A stretch of DNA of 64,000 nt from an uncultured bacterium (GTDB lineage: Bacteria > Acidobacteriota > Thermoanaerobaculia > Multivoradales > JAHZIX01), in contig CBDUPA010000017.1 in the NCBI GenBank assembly GCA_965368975.1, forward strand, positions 64,001 through 128,000, read 5' to 3'. Positions 36,651 to 47,039 of this stretch are shown piece after piece (positions within the stretch are counted from its first letter, which is position 1; each line of letters opens with the position of its first letter). The translations under genes were made by a program, and so were the position numbers. The notes under the pieces are model-generated. The model ran no database searches and was not told where the DNA came from. It saw nothing but the letters and a program-made list of their open reading frames with translations.

Positions 36651-39600
36651 ATGAACCGACACCTGCTTCTCACCACGACGCTCGCCTTGTTCCTTCTCAC
36701 CCCCTGTCTCCACGCCGAGATTCCGGCGCAGGCGCTGCAAGCGCGCAACCTGGGGTTGGCGCATCTGGAGAACGAACAGCCACAGAAGGCCGAAGAGGTC
36801 TACCGAGGGTTGATCGAACAGCTGCCGGGCGATCCGCTCGGCCATGCCAACCTGGCGATCGCGTTGCTGCGGCAGCAGAAGAACGAGGAAGCGTTGCAGC
36901 GTATCGACGCGGCCTTGAAGCTGGCGCCTGGACGCGCGGACCTGCTGACCATTCGCGGAGACGTGCTGCAGTGGTCGGGCGAGCCGCAGGAAGCCCTGAC
37001 CTTCTACCGCCAGGCTGCGACGGCGGCGCCGGAGGACCCGCAGATCCAGTACGCGCTGTACCGTCATGCGACGACGCTGGAAGGCGATACCGCGACCGCG
37101 GCGGCGCGGGAAGCGCTGGAGCGACTGGCGCGCCTGCGACCGGAGAACGTGGTCGTGCAACTGGCTCTGGGGCGGCAGGCGATCGAGAGCGGGGATCGGG
37201 CGGCGGCGTCGCGCGTCTACCTGCGGCTCGACGAGCTGATGTGGCAGAGCCCGATCGGCCAGAAGGCGATGGAGCGTGTCATGGCACCGCTACGGGACGG
37301 TGACCTCGCCAAGGCGCGCACGCCGGCGTTGCGTTTGGAGAACGTGCTCAAGGTGGCACCGATGTTCCGCGAGAGTCTGCGCGAGCTGAACGAGGGAATC
37401 CAGGGTGTGCCCGTCGATCGCTTCGTGGGTGAACCGCCGCCGACCGACTTCGGCTCGCCGGTGCCGGTGACCTTCCAGGGCCGGTACCTCGACACCGCCG
37501 CGACCCTCGGTCGGGGGCTCGATCGCGGTGATCTCGACGGCGATGGACAACCGGACGTGGTGTACCTGAGCGATGCGGGCCTGACGGTGCGCTTCTCGAT
37601 GCAGGAGGGCGGCGCCGCAGCCGACGGGAACTCTTGGAATGTGCCGATCGACGGTGCACAGCTCGACCTCGGCCTCAGCGGCGTGCGCGTCGTCGATCTT
37701 GACAATGATGGTCATCTCGACGTGCTGGTGTATGGCTTGGGTCAGCTGCGCTACTGGCGCGGTGACGGCAAGGGTGCCCTGGTCGACGCGACGTCCGAGT
37801 GGATTCCCTCCACGGCCCGCGGTGGCGAGGTGTTGGAAGTGTTCGACTTCGACATCGACGGCGACCTCGACCTGGTCTTGGCGTCCGAGGTGTCGCTGGC
37901 GCGAGGAACTCGCGAGGTTCGGCCGGTTCGTTTGCTGGTCAACAGCCTGCTGCCGCCCTTGACCCCTGCGCCTCCAGAAACCCTGCCTTTCCTGTCGTCC
38001 CAGCAGGGTTCCGTTCTCGACCTGCTGGTGCAGGACTTCGACCGTGACGGGGACCAGGATCTGGCGGTGGCTCATGCCGAGGGGGTTGCCTGGTTCGACA
38101 ACCTGCGTCAAGGCCGCTTCGCCGATCGCACGGCGGCCGCCGGTCTGGATGCGGCCGGCAACCGCAGCATCCGGACCTTGGCCGCGGGTGACCTGGACAA
38201 CGATGGCTACCCCGAGTTGATCGCTGCTGGTGAGCGTCTCGAGATCTGGCACAACGATCGCGAGGGTGTTTTCACGCCGGCTCGCATCACGGGGCTGGCG
38301 ACTGCGGAGCGTGGTCGCCTGACCGCCGTGACCGTCTTCGACGCCGACAACGACGGTCGTCTGGACCTGGCTGTCGGCGCTGTGCAAGGTGTCTCGATCT
38401 ACACACAGAAGGCCACTGCAGCGGCCGGTGGTTTCACCTTTGAAGCCAAAGACCTGGTCGGCCTGCCCGCCGCGCCGGTCTTTCGGCTCCGGGCCGCTGA
38501 CCTCGACGCCGATGGGGATCTCGACCTGCTCGCCGCCGGTGCCGGCGGGCTGGCCCGCTTGACCAACGACGGTGGCAATGCCAACCAGTGGTTGCAGGTG
38601 CGCCTGCGCGGCCTGGACCAGGGCAACTCGAAGAACAACTTGCTCGGCCTCGGCTCGATCATCGAGGTGCGCGTCGGCGCCGCCTACCAGTACCGCGAGG
38701 CCGGCAGCGACGTGACCCACTTCGGCCTTGGTCGCGGCCGGCCCGCCTACCTGCTGCGCGTCGTGTGGACCAATGGCGTGCCGCAGCAGCGCCTCGGCAC
38801 CTGGCAGGACCAGCGCATCGTCGAGGAACAGGTGCTCAAGGGCAGTTGCCCCTTTCTCTACGCCTGGGACGGCGAGCGCTTCGCCTTCGTCACCGACCTG
38901 CTGTGGGGCGCGCCGATTGGTTTGCCCGTCGCACCGGGACGCTGGGCGTCGGCCGATCCGTCCGAACTGGTGCGCGTCGACGGAGCGCGTCCGGACGAAC
39001 GGGGACGCTACCGCTTGCGCGTCACCGAGGAGCTGTGGGAGGCTGCCTTCTTCGATCACCTCCGCCTGTGGGTGGTCGACCACCCGGCCAGCGTCGAGGT
39101 GGCGAGCAATTTGCGCATCCGCCCCGGTGTCAGCGACGGTGAACGCGTGCTGGCGGCGCGCGACTTGCGTCCAGTTGCCCAGGCTTGGGACGGCAGCGGC
39201 CGCGACGTCACCGAGCTGGTGCGCGAGCGCGACGAGGTCTACGCCGACGGCTTCGAGGCCAGCGCCTACCAGGGCATCGCCCGCCGTCCGTGGACGTTCA
39301 CCTTCGAACTGGCCTCCGAAGGTGACGCCGTCCCGGCCGGTCCCGTCCGCCTGTGGCTCGACGGCTGGATCTTCCCCAGCGACGCCAGCCTCAACCTCGC
39401 CGTCGCCCAGCGGGACGACCGGGATTGGACGCCGCCGCGTCTCGAAGCCCTGACCGACGCCGGCTGGGTCGAGCTGATGCCGGCCTTTGGTCCCGACTCC
39501 TTCGGCTTCCCGGCCGGCAAGACGAAGACCTTGGTGGTGGACACGCCGCCGTTGCCCGCGGGCACAGGCCAGCTACGCCTGGTCACCACGCAGTGGTTGA

Positions 39601-40226
39601 GCTGGGATCAAGTCCGGTGGATGCCGCTGACTGCAGATCCTGTGGATATGGTGCCGCGTGTGCAAGCCCAGCTGCTTCCAGAAGTGGCCGACTCACGTTT
39701 CCGGGGTTTCTCGCGCCTCGTGCGTCAGGCTCCCAACGCACCGCACGTCTACGACTACCATGCCGTCTCGACGGAATCGCCGTGGTTGCCCTTCCCCGGC
39801 CGCTACAGCCGTCATGGCGACGTGCGCGAGTTGCTGGCGACCGCTGACGACCGCTCCGTGATCCTCGGTCCCGGCGACGAGATCGATCTGGTCTTCGATG
39901 CTTCGAATCTCGCATCGCCACCGTCCGGCTGGACGCGCACCGTCTTCCTCGAAAGCCATGGCTGGGACAAGGACGCCGACCGCAACACCGGAGAAGCCCA
40001 GCAGGTCGAGCCGCTGCCGTTCCGTGCCATGAGCGGGTATCCCTACGGTGCTGACGAGGGATTCCCTTCGACCCCCGAACTCGACGCGTATCGTCGAGAT
40101 TGGCTGACCCGCGTCGTCGAGCCGGTGCCAGGGATTGCGGCCAACGACTGGGATGTGGTGGCGAGCGAGTTGTCGGCAACGCCGGGAGAATCCGAAGCCC
40201 GTGAGGTTGCCGATGGCCAGCGGTAG
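36651..40226 (+). CDS. Secreted TPR + FG-GAP/VCBS repeat + ASPIC/UnbV (CRTAC1-family) protein
   Basis: Signal peptide, N-terminal TPRs, repeated DxDxDGxxD motifs, HFGLG...VVWTNG, KGSCPFLYAWDG. Confidence 0.88.
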   Translation: MNRHLLLTTTLALFLLTPCLHAEIPAQALQARNLGLAHLENEQPQKAEEVYRGLIEQLPGDPLGHANLAIALLRQQKNEEALQRIDAALKLAPGRADLLTIRGDVLQWSGEPQEALTFYRQAATAAPEDPQIQYALYRHATTLEGDTATAAAREALERLARLRPENVVVQLALGRQAIESGDRAAASRVYLRLDELMWQSPIGQKAMERVMAPLRDGDLAKARTPALRLENVLKVAPMFRESLRELNEGIQGVPVDRFVGEPPPTDFGSPVPVTFQGRYLDTAATLGRGLDRGDLDGDGQPDVVYLSDAGLTVRFSMQEGGAAADGNSWNVPIDGAQLDLGLSGVRVVDLDNDGHLDVLVYGLGQLRYWRGDGKGALVDATSEWIPSTARGGEVLEVFDFDIDGDLDLVLASEVSLARGTREVRPVRLLVNSLLPPLTPAPPETLPFLSSQQGSVLDLLVQDFDRDGDQDLAVAHAEGVAWFDNLRQGRFADRTAAAGLDAAGNRSIRTLAAGDLDNDGYPELIAAGERLEIWHNDREGVFTPARITGLATAERGRLTAVTVFDADNDGRLDLAVGAVQGVSIYTQKATAAAGGFTFEAKDLVGLPAAPVFRLRAADLDADGDLDLLAAGAGGLARLTNDGGNANQWLQVRLRGLDQGNSKNNLLGLGSIIEVRVGAAYQYREAGSDVTHFGLGRGRPAYLLRVVWTNGVPQQRLGTWQDQRIVEEQVLKGSCPFLYAWDGERFAFVTDLLWGAPIGLPVAPGRWASADPSELVRVDGARPDERGRYRLRVTEELWEAAFFDHLRLWVVDHPASVEVASNLRIRPGVSDGERVLAARDLRPVAQAWDGSGRDVTELVRERDEVYADGFEASAYQGIARRPWTFTFELASEGDAVPAGPVRLWLDGWIFPSDASLNLAVAQRDDRDWTPPRLEALTDAGWVELMPAFGPDSFGFPAGKTKTLVVDTPPLPAGTGQLRLVTTQWLSWDQVRWMPLTADPVDMVPRVQAQLLPEVADSRFRGFSRLVRQAPNAPHVYDYHAVSTESPWLPFPGRYSRHGDVRELLATADDRSVILGPGDEIDLVFDASNLASPPSGWTRTVFLESHGWDKDADRNTGEAQQVEPLPFRAMSGYPYGADEGFPSTPELDAYRRDWLTRVVEPVPGIAANDWDVVASELSATPGESEAREVADGQR

Positions 40227-40659
40227 GTCGAGCGACCGGGCCGGCAAGAAGGGGCCACCGCCGCCGCCCGACCCGGACAACGGCCGCTACCAGGGCCGCA
40301 GCATCGCCCGCCGCTTCGAATCACCGGACGGCTTCATCGTCCTGGTCGGCAAGAGCGCCAGCGACAACGATCTCCTGTCCCTCAAACTGGCGTCGCCCCG
40401 AGACTTCTGGCTGCACCTGGCCGGTGATTCCGGCTCTCACGTCGTCGTGCGCAATCCCGATGGCCTCGATCGGCTGCCCCGAGACACGGAGCGCTATGCC
40501 GCCGGTCTGGCCGCTGGCTATTCGAAAGCGCGCAAAGCCGGTAGAGTCTCCGTCCACCTGACCACCTGCGACCAGGTCAGCAAGCCAAGAGGCCTGCCGC
40601 CGGGCAAGGTCGTGCTCGGCCGCTACCGCAGCTTGCAGGTCGAGCCGCTGCGCGAATAG
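40213..40659 (+). CDS. NFACT RNA-binding (DUF814) domain protein
   Basis: VLVGKSASDNDLL, DFWLHLAGDSGSHVVV, AAGYSKA, VSKPRGLPPGKV. Confidence 0.85.
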   Translation: MASGRSSDRAGKKGPPPPPDPDNGRYQGRSIARRFESPDGFIVLVGKSASDNDLLSLKLASPRDFWLHLAGDSGSHVVVRNPDGLDRLPRDTERYAAGLAAGYSKARKAGRVSVHLTTCDQVSKPRGLPPGKVVLGRYRSLQVEPLRE

Positions 40660-40672
40660 GGTCAACACGAAT

Positions 40673-42100
40673 ATGCCTTTCCCTGAAGATCCCAGGTCGC
40701 CTGGCCACGAGTCGCCCGAGCCCGAGTTGCGCGTGCGAATCCGTCGGGAGCGTACCGTGATGGTGGCCGGGACGCAGGGTGGCGGTCGTTCGAAGCACCG
40801 AGTCTGGCGCCCCCTGGCTCTCGGGCTCTTGGTCGCCACCGCCCTGGCGTGCTTCATTGCCATCTGGGCGCTGCACGAGTTGAACCTGGTCGAAGCGGAA
40901 CTCGTGACGCTGGAAGAGCGGATGCCTGCCGAGCGTCCCGAGCGCCCCGACCGGATGCGGATGCAGCGTGTGACCTTCGCGGCGCTCCCCGGCTGGACCC
41001 AGGATGACGTCGCGGCGGCCTTGCCGGCAATGCAGCGCTCGTGCCGGGCGCTGTCGCGCCAGCCGTCCGAGCGCGAGGCGGCGCCGCAAGTGCTGGCAGG
41101 GACGCCGGAAGCGACCACGATCGCGGACTGGCGCCGTGCGTGCGATGGTGTCGACGGAGTGGTGCCCGATCCGCAAGCTGTGCGCGTCTTTCTGCAAGAG
41201 CGCTTCGAGCCCTGGGCGGTGGCAAACTGGTTGAAGCGCGAAGGCTTGTTCACCGGCTACTACGAGCCGTTGCTCGATGGTAGTCGCCAGCGTAGCCGCC
41301 GCTACTCGATTCCACTCTACCGGCCGCCCGGCGACATCATCTCGGTCGACCTGGGCGAGTTCCGCGACGAGTTCGAAGGTCGACGTATCGCGGGTCGCAT
41401 GTCCGGCGGACGCCTGCGGCCTTACCACGATCGCGCCGCCATCGATCGCGGCGCCCTTGCCGGACGCGGCCTGGAATTGCTGTGGCTCGACGATCCCGTT
41501 GACGCCTTCTTCTTGCACATTCAAGGTTCCGGACGCGTACGCATGGCGGGCGGAGGCATGACGCGTGTCGGCTATGCGGGGCAGAACGGGCACGCCTACT
41601 TCGCTATCGGCCGCGAGCTGATCGCGCGTGGTGCCCTGACGCCGAAGACAGTGTCGATGCAGTCGATCCGGGCCTGGCTCGAAGCGAATCCGGAAGCCGG
41701 CGCCGAAGTGATGCGGCAGAACGCCAGCTATGTTTTCTTCCGTCGTCTGAATGTCGGTGCCGACGAAGGCCCGATGGGGGCGCAGGGCGTGCCGCTGACG
41801 CCGGGTCGCTCGCTGGCTGTCGACCGCCGCTACTTCCCGATGGGAGCGCCGATGTGGCTCGACGCCAGTGCCCCCGCCCTCGACGCGCAAGCTCCCGACG
41901 AGCCGCTACAGCGGCTCATGGTGGCGCAGGATACCGGTGGCGCTATCCGTGGTCCGGTGCGCGGGGACGTCTACTGGGGATCGGGGGACGAGGCGGGGGA
42001 GCGGGCGGGGCGGATGAAGAACCCGGGGCGGCTGTGGGTGCTCTTGCCGCGGCGTCCGTCGAGTAGTTCGGCGTCGCCGACTTCCGAGGGCTTGCGGTAA
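40673..42100 (+). CDS. mltA: Membrane-bound lytic murein transglycosylase A
   Basis: GLFTGYYEP, FFLHIQGSG, NASYVFF, SLAVD, AQDTGGAIRG...DVYWG (3D domain). Confidence 0.93.
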   Translation: MPFPEDPRSPGHESPEPELRVRIRRERTVMVAGTQGGGRSKHRVWRPLALGLLVATALACFIAIWALHELNLVEAELVTLEERMPAERPERPDRMRMQRVTFAALPGWTQDDVAAALPAMQRSCRALSRQPSEREAAPQVLAGTPEATTIADWRRACDGVDGVVPDPQAVRVFLQERFEPWAVANWLKREGLFTGYYEPLLDGSRQRSRRYSIPLYRPPGDIISVDLGEFRDEFEGRRIAGRMSGGRLRPYHDRAAIDRGALAGRGLELLWLDDPVDAFFLHIQGSGRVRMAGGGMTRVGYAGQNGHAYFAIGRELIARGALTPKTVSMQSIRAWLEANPEAGAEVMRQNASYVFFRRLNVGADEGPMGAQGVPLTPGRSLAVDRRYFPMGAPMWLDASAPALDAQAPDEPLQRLMVAQDTGGAIRGPVRGDVYWGSGDEAGERAGRMKNPGRLWVLLPRRPSSSSASPTSEGLR

Positions 42101-42149
42101 ACCGGCCGTCATCGAGCCTGGGACTGTCGCGGCAACTCGCACGTGTCGA

Positions 42150-42179
42150 TCCGCCTACTCGATCGATCGAGTAGGCGGA
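42150..42179. repeat. Perfect 30-bp palindrome between convergent genes (terminator- or REP-like)
   Basis: tccgcctactcgatc|gatcgagtaggcgga. Confidence 0.8.
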
Positions 42180-42256
42180 CTGACCAGACAGAGCCGCGCA
42201 TTCATTACCGCGTCAGATCGCGGGTGGGCGCGCTGAACTCTCGGAGAGACCGGGTC

Positions 42257-42718
42257 TCAGTTGACGGTGACGATCGCGACGAAGGAGGAGATCCCTGGGT
42301 CGGTCGGCATCTTCTGTCCGGCGACACACTCGTACTGCAGCGTGCGGAAGGCCGTGATCGCGTAGATGCCCGGAGTCGCTGGAGCCTTGAGCGCGATGTT
42401 GGAACTTCCCGAGGAAGGGTTCAATCCGCTGTACAGGCATTCGCCTTCTTCGCCGGCGAAGCCGACGTAGAGCTGATGAATGCAGGCTGGGCAGCTAGAT
42501 GCCTGTTCGCCGGTCCAGTCGAACGAGATCTTGATCGGCGTGCCCGGGGCGACCTCACCGGAGGCGTGGAGGTTGATGTTCGTGATCTGGAAGTGAGGAG
42601 CTTCAGCTTTGCACATGGCCTCGGTGGTGACGCAAGCGGATGCCGGGGCGGTGGCGCCCAGCAGCAGGACCAAGGACAAGCTAACAGCCAGGATGATAGG
42701 CGTCGAGTTGCGATACAT
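42257..42718 (-). CDS. Small secreted Cys-rich beta-sandwich-like hypothetical protein
   Basis: GGAG RBS, signal peptide ending ASA, six Cys including SCPAC. Confidence 0.7.
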   Translation of the reverse strand: MYRNSTPIILAVSLSLVLLLGATAPASACVTTEAMCKAEAPHFQITNINLHASGEVAPGTPIKISFDWTGEQASSCPACIHQLYVGFAGEEGECLYSGLNPSSGSSNIALKAPATPGIYAITAFRTLQYECVAGQKMPTDPGISSFVAIVTVN

Positions 42719-43089
42719 GGGATCTCCAGTCGTTTAGGCAGACCGGAAGCAGCTCCGGGTCAGGGAGAGGAAGGGTTCCGGTCTCATCTGGTGAGTGTGA
42801 CCAGCTGTTGATCGAGCAGTTCGAACAACTTCTTTGTGCTGGAGGTTTTCCTGTGTCGACAGGATACAGCAACGGCCGAGCCAATGCTCGCCTTCAACCG
42901 GATTGCGGGAGTCCGGCGACGGACCGAGCAGCTGAGAGCATCGGGCATCAGTCGGTAGTTCCAGGTCCGACTTCCGGGGCCACCGGGTGCCTGCAGGGCA
43001 GGGCTCGGTAGCGCTGCCGGGGTCTTGCTGCTTTGATTCCGGGGAGGCCTGAGATATCGTAAGGGTTCTATAGCAAGAACCCGACAGGC

Positions 43090-43869
43090 ATGTTAGAAAA
43101 GATCAATCTCGAATTGGCGCTCCGCAAGAGCGAATACAAGGCCCGCTTGTCGGTATTGCAGGGACGGCTGCACCAGCTGCAGCGTGCCTGCCACAAGGCG
43201 GAGTTGGCGACGGTCGTGGTCTTCGAGGGGTGGGATGCCGCCGGCAAGGGAACCGCGATCCGCAAGCTCACCGAGAAGCTCGAGCCGCGCGCCTGCGAGG
43301 TGGTGGCCGTTCAGGCACCGCGGACCGATGAACAGCACCTCCCGTGGTTGTGGCGTTTCTGGCAGTTGCTGCCAAACTGGGGGCACATGGCTGTTCTGGA
43401 CCGCAGCTGGTACGGACGGGTCTTGATCGAACGGGTCGAAGAACTCATCTCCGAGAAGCTGTGTCAGCAAGCGTTCCAAGACATCGTGCGCTTCGAGCGC
43501 ACCCTAGCCGATGACCGCTACGTGATCGTCAAGTTCTTCTTGCACATCGACCAGAAGGAGCAGAAGAGGCGGCTCAAAGCCTGTGAGGGTGACCCTCTGC
43601 GCAGCTGGATGGTCGAGCCAGAGGATTGGCATCGCCATGGCCGCTACGACGACTATCTGATCGCCACCGAGGAAATGCTCGAGCGGACCGAGACCGAGTG
43701 GGGACCTTGGACCATCGTGGAAAGCACCGATGGACGCTGGGCACGGATCAAGATCTTCGAGACCCTCATCCAGCGCATGGAGAAGGCCCTCGAGGACCAG
43801 GGGGAGTCGCTGCCCGAGGCGCTTCCGGAACGCGAGTCCGACGACCCTGACGACCCGGAAGATAGTTGA
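43090..43869 (+). CDS. ppk2: Polyphosphate kinase 2 family protein
   Basis: FEGWDAAGKG Walker A, WRFW, DRSWYGRVLIERVE, KFFLHI. Confidence 0.9.
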   Translation: MLEKINLELALRKSEYKARLSVLQGRLHQLQRACHKAELATVVVFEGWDAAGKGTAIRKLTEKLEPRACEVVAVQAPRTDEQHLPWLWRFWQLLPNWGHMAVLDRSWYGRVLIERVEELISEKLCQQAFQDIVRFERTLADDRYVIVKFFLHIDQKEQKRRLKACEGDPLRSWMVEPEDWHRHGRYDDYLIATEEMLERTETEWGPWTIVESTDGRWARIKIFETLIQRMEKALEDQGESLPEALPERESDDPDDPEDS

Positions 43870-43886
43870 TCCGGGGGAGAGTGCCG

Positions 43887-44654
43887 ATGCTCGAGACGAT
43901 CGATCTCAACCAGCAGCTGGACAAGAAGGAGTACAAGCGCCTGCGCTTGCACTACCAGGTCCGCCTACGCGAGCTCACGCGCCAGCTCTACCAGCAACGG
44001 CGGTCGCTGGTTCTGGTCTTCGAAGGGTGGGATGCTGCTGGTAAGGGCGGTGCGATCCGCAGGCTGACCGGTAAGCTGGATCCCCGCGGCTATCGCGTCT
44101 TCCAGATCGCGGCCCCGCACGGTCAGGACCGGACCCACCACTACCTGTGGCGCTTCTGGCGCCGCCTGTGTTCGCCACGGGACAAGCAGGTGCTGCTCTT
44201 TGACCGCAGTTGGTACGGCCGGGTCCTGGTGGAGCGCGTCGAGGGCTTCGCGACCGAGGCCGAGTGGCAGCGTGCCTACCGCGAGATCAACGACTTCGAG
44301 CGCCAGCTGGTGCACCACGGCATGCTGCTGGCCAAGTTCTGGTTCCACATCGACAAGGACGAGCAGCAACGTCGCTTCGAGGCGCGGGCGGAGACGCCGC
44401 ACAAGATCTGGAAGTTGACCGAGGAAGATTGGCGCAACCGTGCCAAGTGGGACCTGTATGCGGGGGCGGTCGAAGACATGCTGGTCAAGACCAGCACTCT
44501 GAAGGCGCCCTGGACCGTGGTCGAGGCCAATAACAAATATTTCGCCCGCATCAAGTGCCTGCGCACCGTCACCGAGCTACTGGAAGCGGGTCTGCAGTCA
44601 GAGGGTGTCGCGGACCCACCAGCATCCAAGGACAAAAAGAAAAAGAAGAAGTAA
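43887..44654 (+). CDS. ppk2: Polyphosphate kinase 2 family protein (second copy)
   Basis: FEGWDAAGKGG, FDRSWYGRVLVERVEGF, WKLTEEDWRNR. Poly-Lys tail. Confidence 0.92.
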   Translation: MLETIDLNQQLDKKEYKRLRLHYQVRLRELTRQLYQQRRSLVLVFEGWDAAGKGGAIRRLTGKLDPRGYRVFQIAAPHGQDRTHHYLWRFWRRLCSPRDKQVLLFDRSWYGRVLVERVEGFATEAEWQRAYREINDFERQLVHHGMLLAKFWFHIDKDEQQRRFEARAETPHKIWKLTEEDWRNRAKWDLYAGAVEDMLVKTSTLKAPWTVVEANNKYFARIKCLRTVTELLEAGLQSEGVADPPASKDKKKKKK

Positions 44655-44687
44655 GGCCTCTTGGCCGCTGGCGGGTCGAACGGGACC

Positions 44688-45179
44688 TCACTCGTGGTCT
44701 CGGTCCGTCTCTGGGACTTTGACGATGGTCACCGGGATCGGCGAGAGTTGCACTGCTTTCTCCGCCTTCGAGCCCAGCAAGAGCCTGGACATCCCGGTGC
44801 GACCCGCGCTACCCATGACGATCAGCTGAGCGTCGACCTCCGCCGCCACTTCCAGGATCCGCGTGACCGGTAGGCCGATGACCAGGCGGTGAGGCACTTC
44901 GGCGAGAAGTTTTGGGTGGAGCTTGCGCATGTGTTGCAGGAAGCTCGCCATCATCTCAGCTGCGGTCTCCTCGACTCTGCGCAGATGCTGCTTGCGCTTC
45001 TTCGAATGCTGATAGTACCCGGGGGCCGACTCGGGATCGTGCACGACGTGAAGTGCCAGCAAGGGCGCCTCGAAACGCTGCGCGGTGCGGGCTGCCCACA
45101 GTAGAGCGCTCTCCGAGAACGGAGAGAAGTCGACCGCTACCAGGACGGGGCGGCTACGTCGGGCCGGCTTCTTGGCCAT
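44688..45179 (-). CDS. Universal stress protein (UspA family)
   Basis: VLVAVDFSPFS, LIVMGSAGRTG, LLGSKAEKAV...PVTIV. Confidence 0.9.
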   Translation of the reverse strand: MAKKPARRSRPVLVAVDFSPFSESALLWAARTAQRFEAPLLALHVVHDPESAPGYYQHSKKRKQHLRRVEETAAEMMASFLQHMRKLHPKLLAEVPHRLVIGLPVTRILEVAAEVDAQLIVMGSAGRTGMSRLLLGSKAEKAVQLSPIPVTIVKVPETDRDHE

Positions 45180-46911
45180 GTTTGTCGTCTCCCTCTGCAG
45201 CTGGTTGCTGCGCGCCGGCTGGCTGTTGACGGGTGTCGGAGGGCGGTGGGCTCTCCTGCGCGACCAAGCGGGCGATGCGCTTGGAGAAATAGTAGATTCG
45301 CTTCAAGGCTTCGACCAATTCCGTCTCGATGCGGAAGGCGGCCAGCCGGTGAGGAGCGCGGGCTGAAAGACGCGCCATCAGATGGTTTTCGGCTTCCTCG
45401 GCCAGGCGGTCGATTTCCGGTTTGGCGTCGAGGACTTTGCGCGCGATGTCCATGTCTTCGGAGGCCGCCGCCAGGGTCGCCTGCTCTACCGCCCACTGGG
45501 CCTTGTCGTGCAGGCCGCGCAGCACCTCGCGGGTGGACGGGCTGATCTCCACGTTTCTCGACAGGCGAATTCTGCCGGCGTCGACCAGATTGGTCTCGAT
45601 TATGTCGCCGATGTTCTCGAAGTAATTGGCCACCGCTAGCCGTCGCGACAAGAGCTGCGATTGCACCTCCGTCAGGTTCTCGACCGACAGCCGTCCCAGG
45701 TAGGTGACCAGGGCTCCATGCAGTCGATCCACCTCCTCGTCCATGTGTCGCAGGTCCCGCAGGTCCGCCTCGCTGCCGGTCAGCACGGGATCGATCGCTT
45801 CGCGCACCATGGCCAGTGCGGCCGCTCCGATGCGTCCCAACTCCATGCGCACGAGATCCAGCGCCAGGGCGGGGGTGTGTACCAGGATCGTGTCGAGGTA
45901 TCGGCGGATCGGTGCCTCTTCGTCGCCGAGCTTGCGGTCCGGGACCAGCCACTCGACGAAGCGTGCGATAACGGGTGTGAAGCCGATGAACAGAGCGGTA
46001 TTCGCGACATTGAAGACGGTGTGGGCATTGGCGACCTGCCGTGGTGTCTCGGCCTTCAGCGCGGCGAGACCTTCCATGCCCTGTGCCACGGGTGAGACCC
46101 AGCGGATGAGCTCCGCGAGCTGGTCGACGAAGCCGATCCAGAGCAGCACCCCTGCGGTGTTGAACAGGACGTGGACCATGGCGGCACGCACAGCCTCACG
46201 CGGCTTGCCGATCGAGGCCAGGAGCGCGGTGATGCAGGTGCCGATGTTGGCGCCGAACACCAGGGCGATTCCGGCTTCGAGCGTCAAGAAGCCTTGGCTG
46301 GCGAGCACGATGATGACGCCGGTCGTGGCGGACGAACTCTGGATCAGGGCGGTGAACGCGGCGCTGAAGAGCACCGCGACGACCGGGCTGTCCAAGTTCT
46401 GCATGGCGTGGATGAAGGGCTCGTAGCTGCGCAAGGGACTGGTCGCGTCCTTCATCAGTTCCATGCCGAAAAAGATCAGTCCCAGACCCATCAGGAGGGC
46501 GCCCCAGCTCTTGACCTTGGGTGACTTGGGGACGAAGGCCAGGAAGAAACCCGCCGCCACCAGAGCCAAGGAATAACGGGTGACCTTGAAGGCGATGATC
46601 TGAGCGGTGATCGTGGTGCCGATCCCCGCTCCCATGATGACGCCGATGGACTGGGACAGCGACAGCAGGCCGGCCGAGATGAAGCCGACGACCAGCACGG
46701 TGGTCACCGAAGAGCTTTGGATCGTGGCGGTGATGGCGGCACCGGTCAGCACGCCCTTGAAGCGGTTGCTGGTCATGCGGCCCAGCAGATCCTTCATCCG
46801 CTCACCCGCGATCAGCTTCAGGGAGTCGGTCATCTTCTCCATGCCGTAGAGGAACAGAGCCAGGCCGCCGAGAAGGCCCATGACAAGTGCACCGAACTCC
46901 AACTCCGCCAT
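45154..46911 (-). CDS. Na+/phosphate cotransporter with C-terminal PhoU-like domains
   Basis: GGLALFLYGM, IQSSSVTT and IQSSSATT repeats, GANIGT, ANAHTVFN, ENIGDII. Confidence 0.92.
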   Translation of the reverse strand: MAELEFGALVMGLLGGLALFLYGMEKMTDSLKLIAGERMKDLLGRMTSNRFKGVLTGAAITATIQSSSVTTVLVVGFISAGLLSLSQSIGVIMGAGIGTTITAQIIAFKVTRYSLALVAAGFFLAFVPKSPKVKSWGALLMGLGLIFFGMELMKDATSPLRSYEPFIHAMQNLDSPVVAVLFSAAFTALIQSSSATTGVIIVLASQGFLTLEAGIALVFGANIGTCITALLASIGKPREAVRAAMVHVLFNTAGVLLWIGFVDQLAELIRWVSPVAQGMEGLAALKAETPRQVANAHTVFNVANTALFIGFTPVIARFVEWLVPDRKLGDEEAPIRRYLDTILVHTPALALDLVRMELGRIGAAALAMVREAIDPVLTGSEADLRDLRHMDEEVDRLHGALVTYLGRLSVENLTEVQSQLLSRRLAVANYFENIGDIIETNLVDAGRIRLSRNVEISPSTREVLRGLHDKAQWAVEQATLAAASEDMDIARKVLDAKPEIDRLAEEAENHLMARLSARAPHRLAAFRIETELVEALKRIYYFSKRIARLVAQESPPPSDTRQQPAGAQQPAAEGDDKHGQEAGPT

Positions 46912-47039
46912 TCGCTCACTCCTGTTGCGGTCATTGCTCGTGCGTAGAGTCCACGGGGATTCTGTCACACGAACATCGGCAGCAGATCGCCGCTGCAGCG
47001 CGGCAGGACGTCGGTGAAGGGTGACAGAATATCCGAACT

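Noticed and set aside
36360-37160. 266-aa minus-strand ORF overlapping the CRTAC1-like gene
   Set aside because: Only the last 76 codons, outside the overlap and with their own RBS, look like a real gene.
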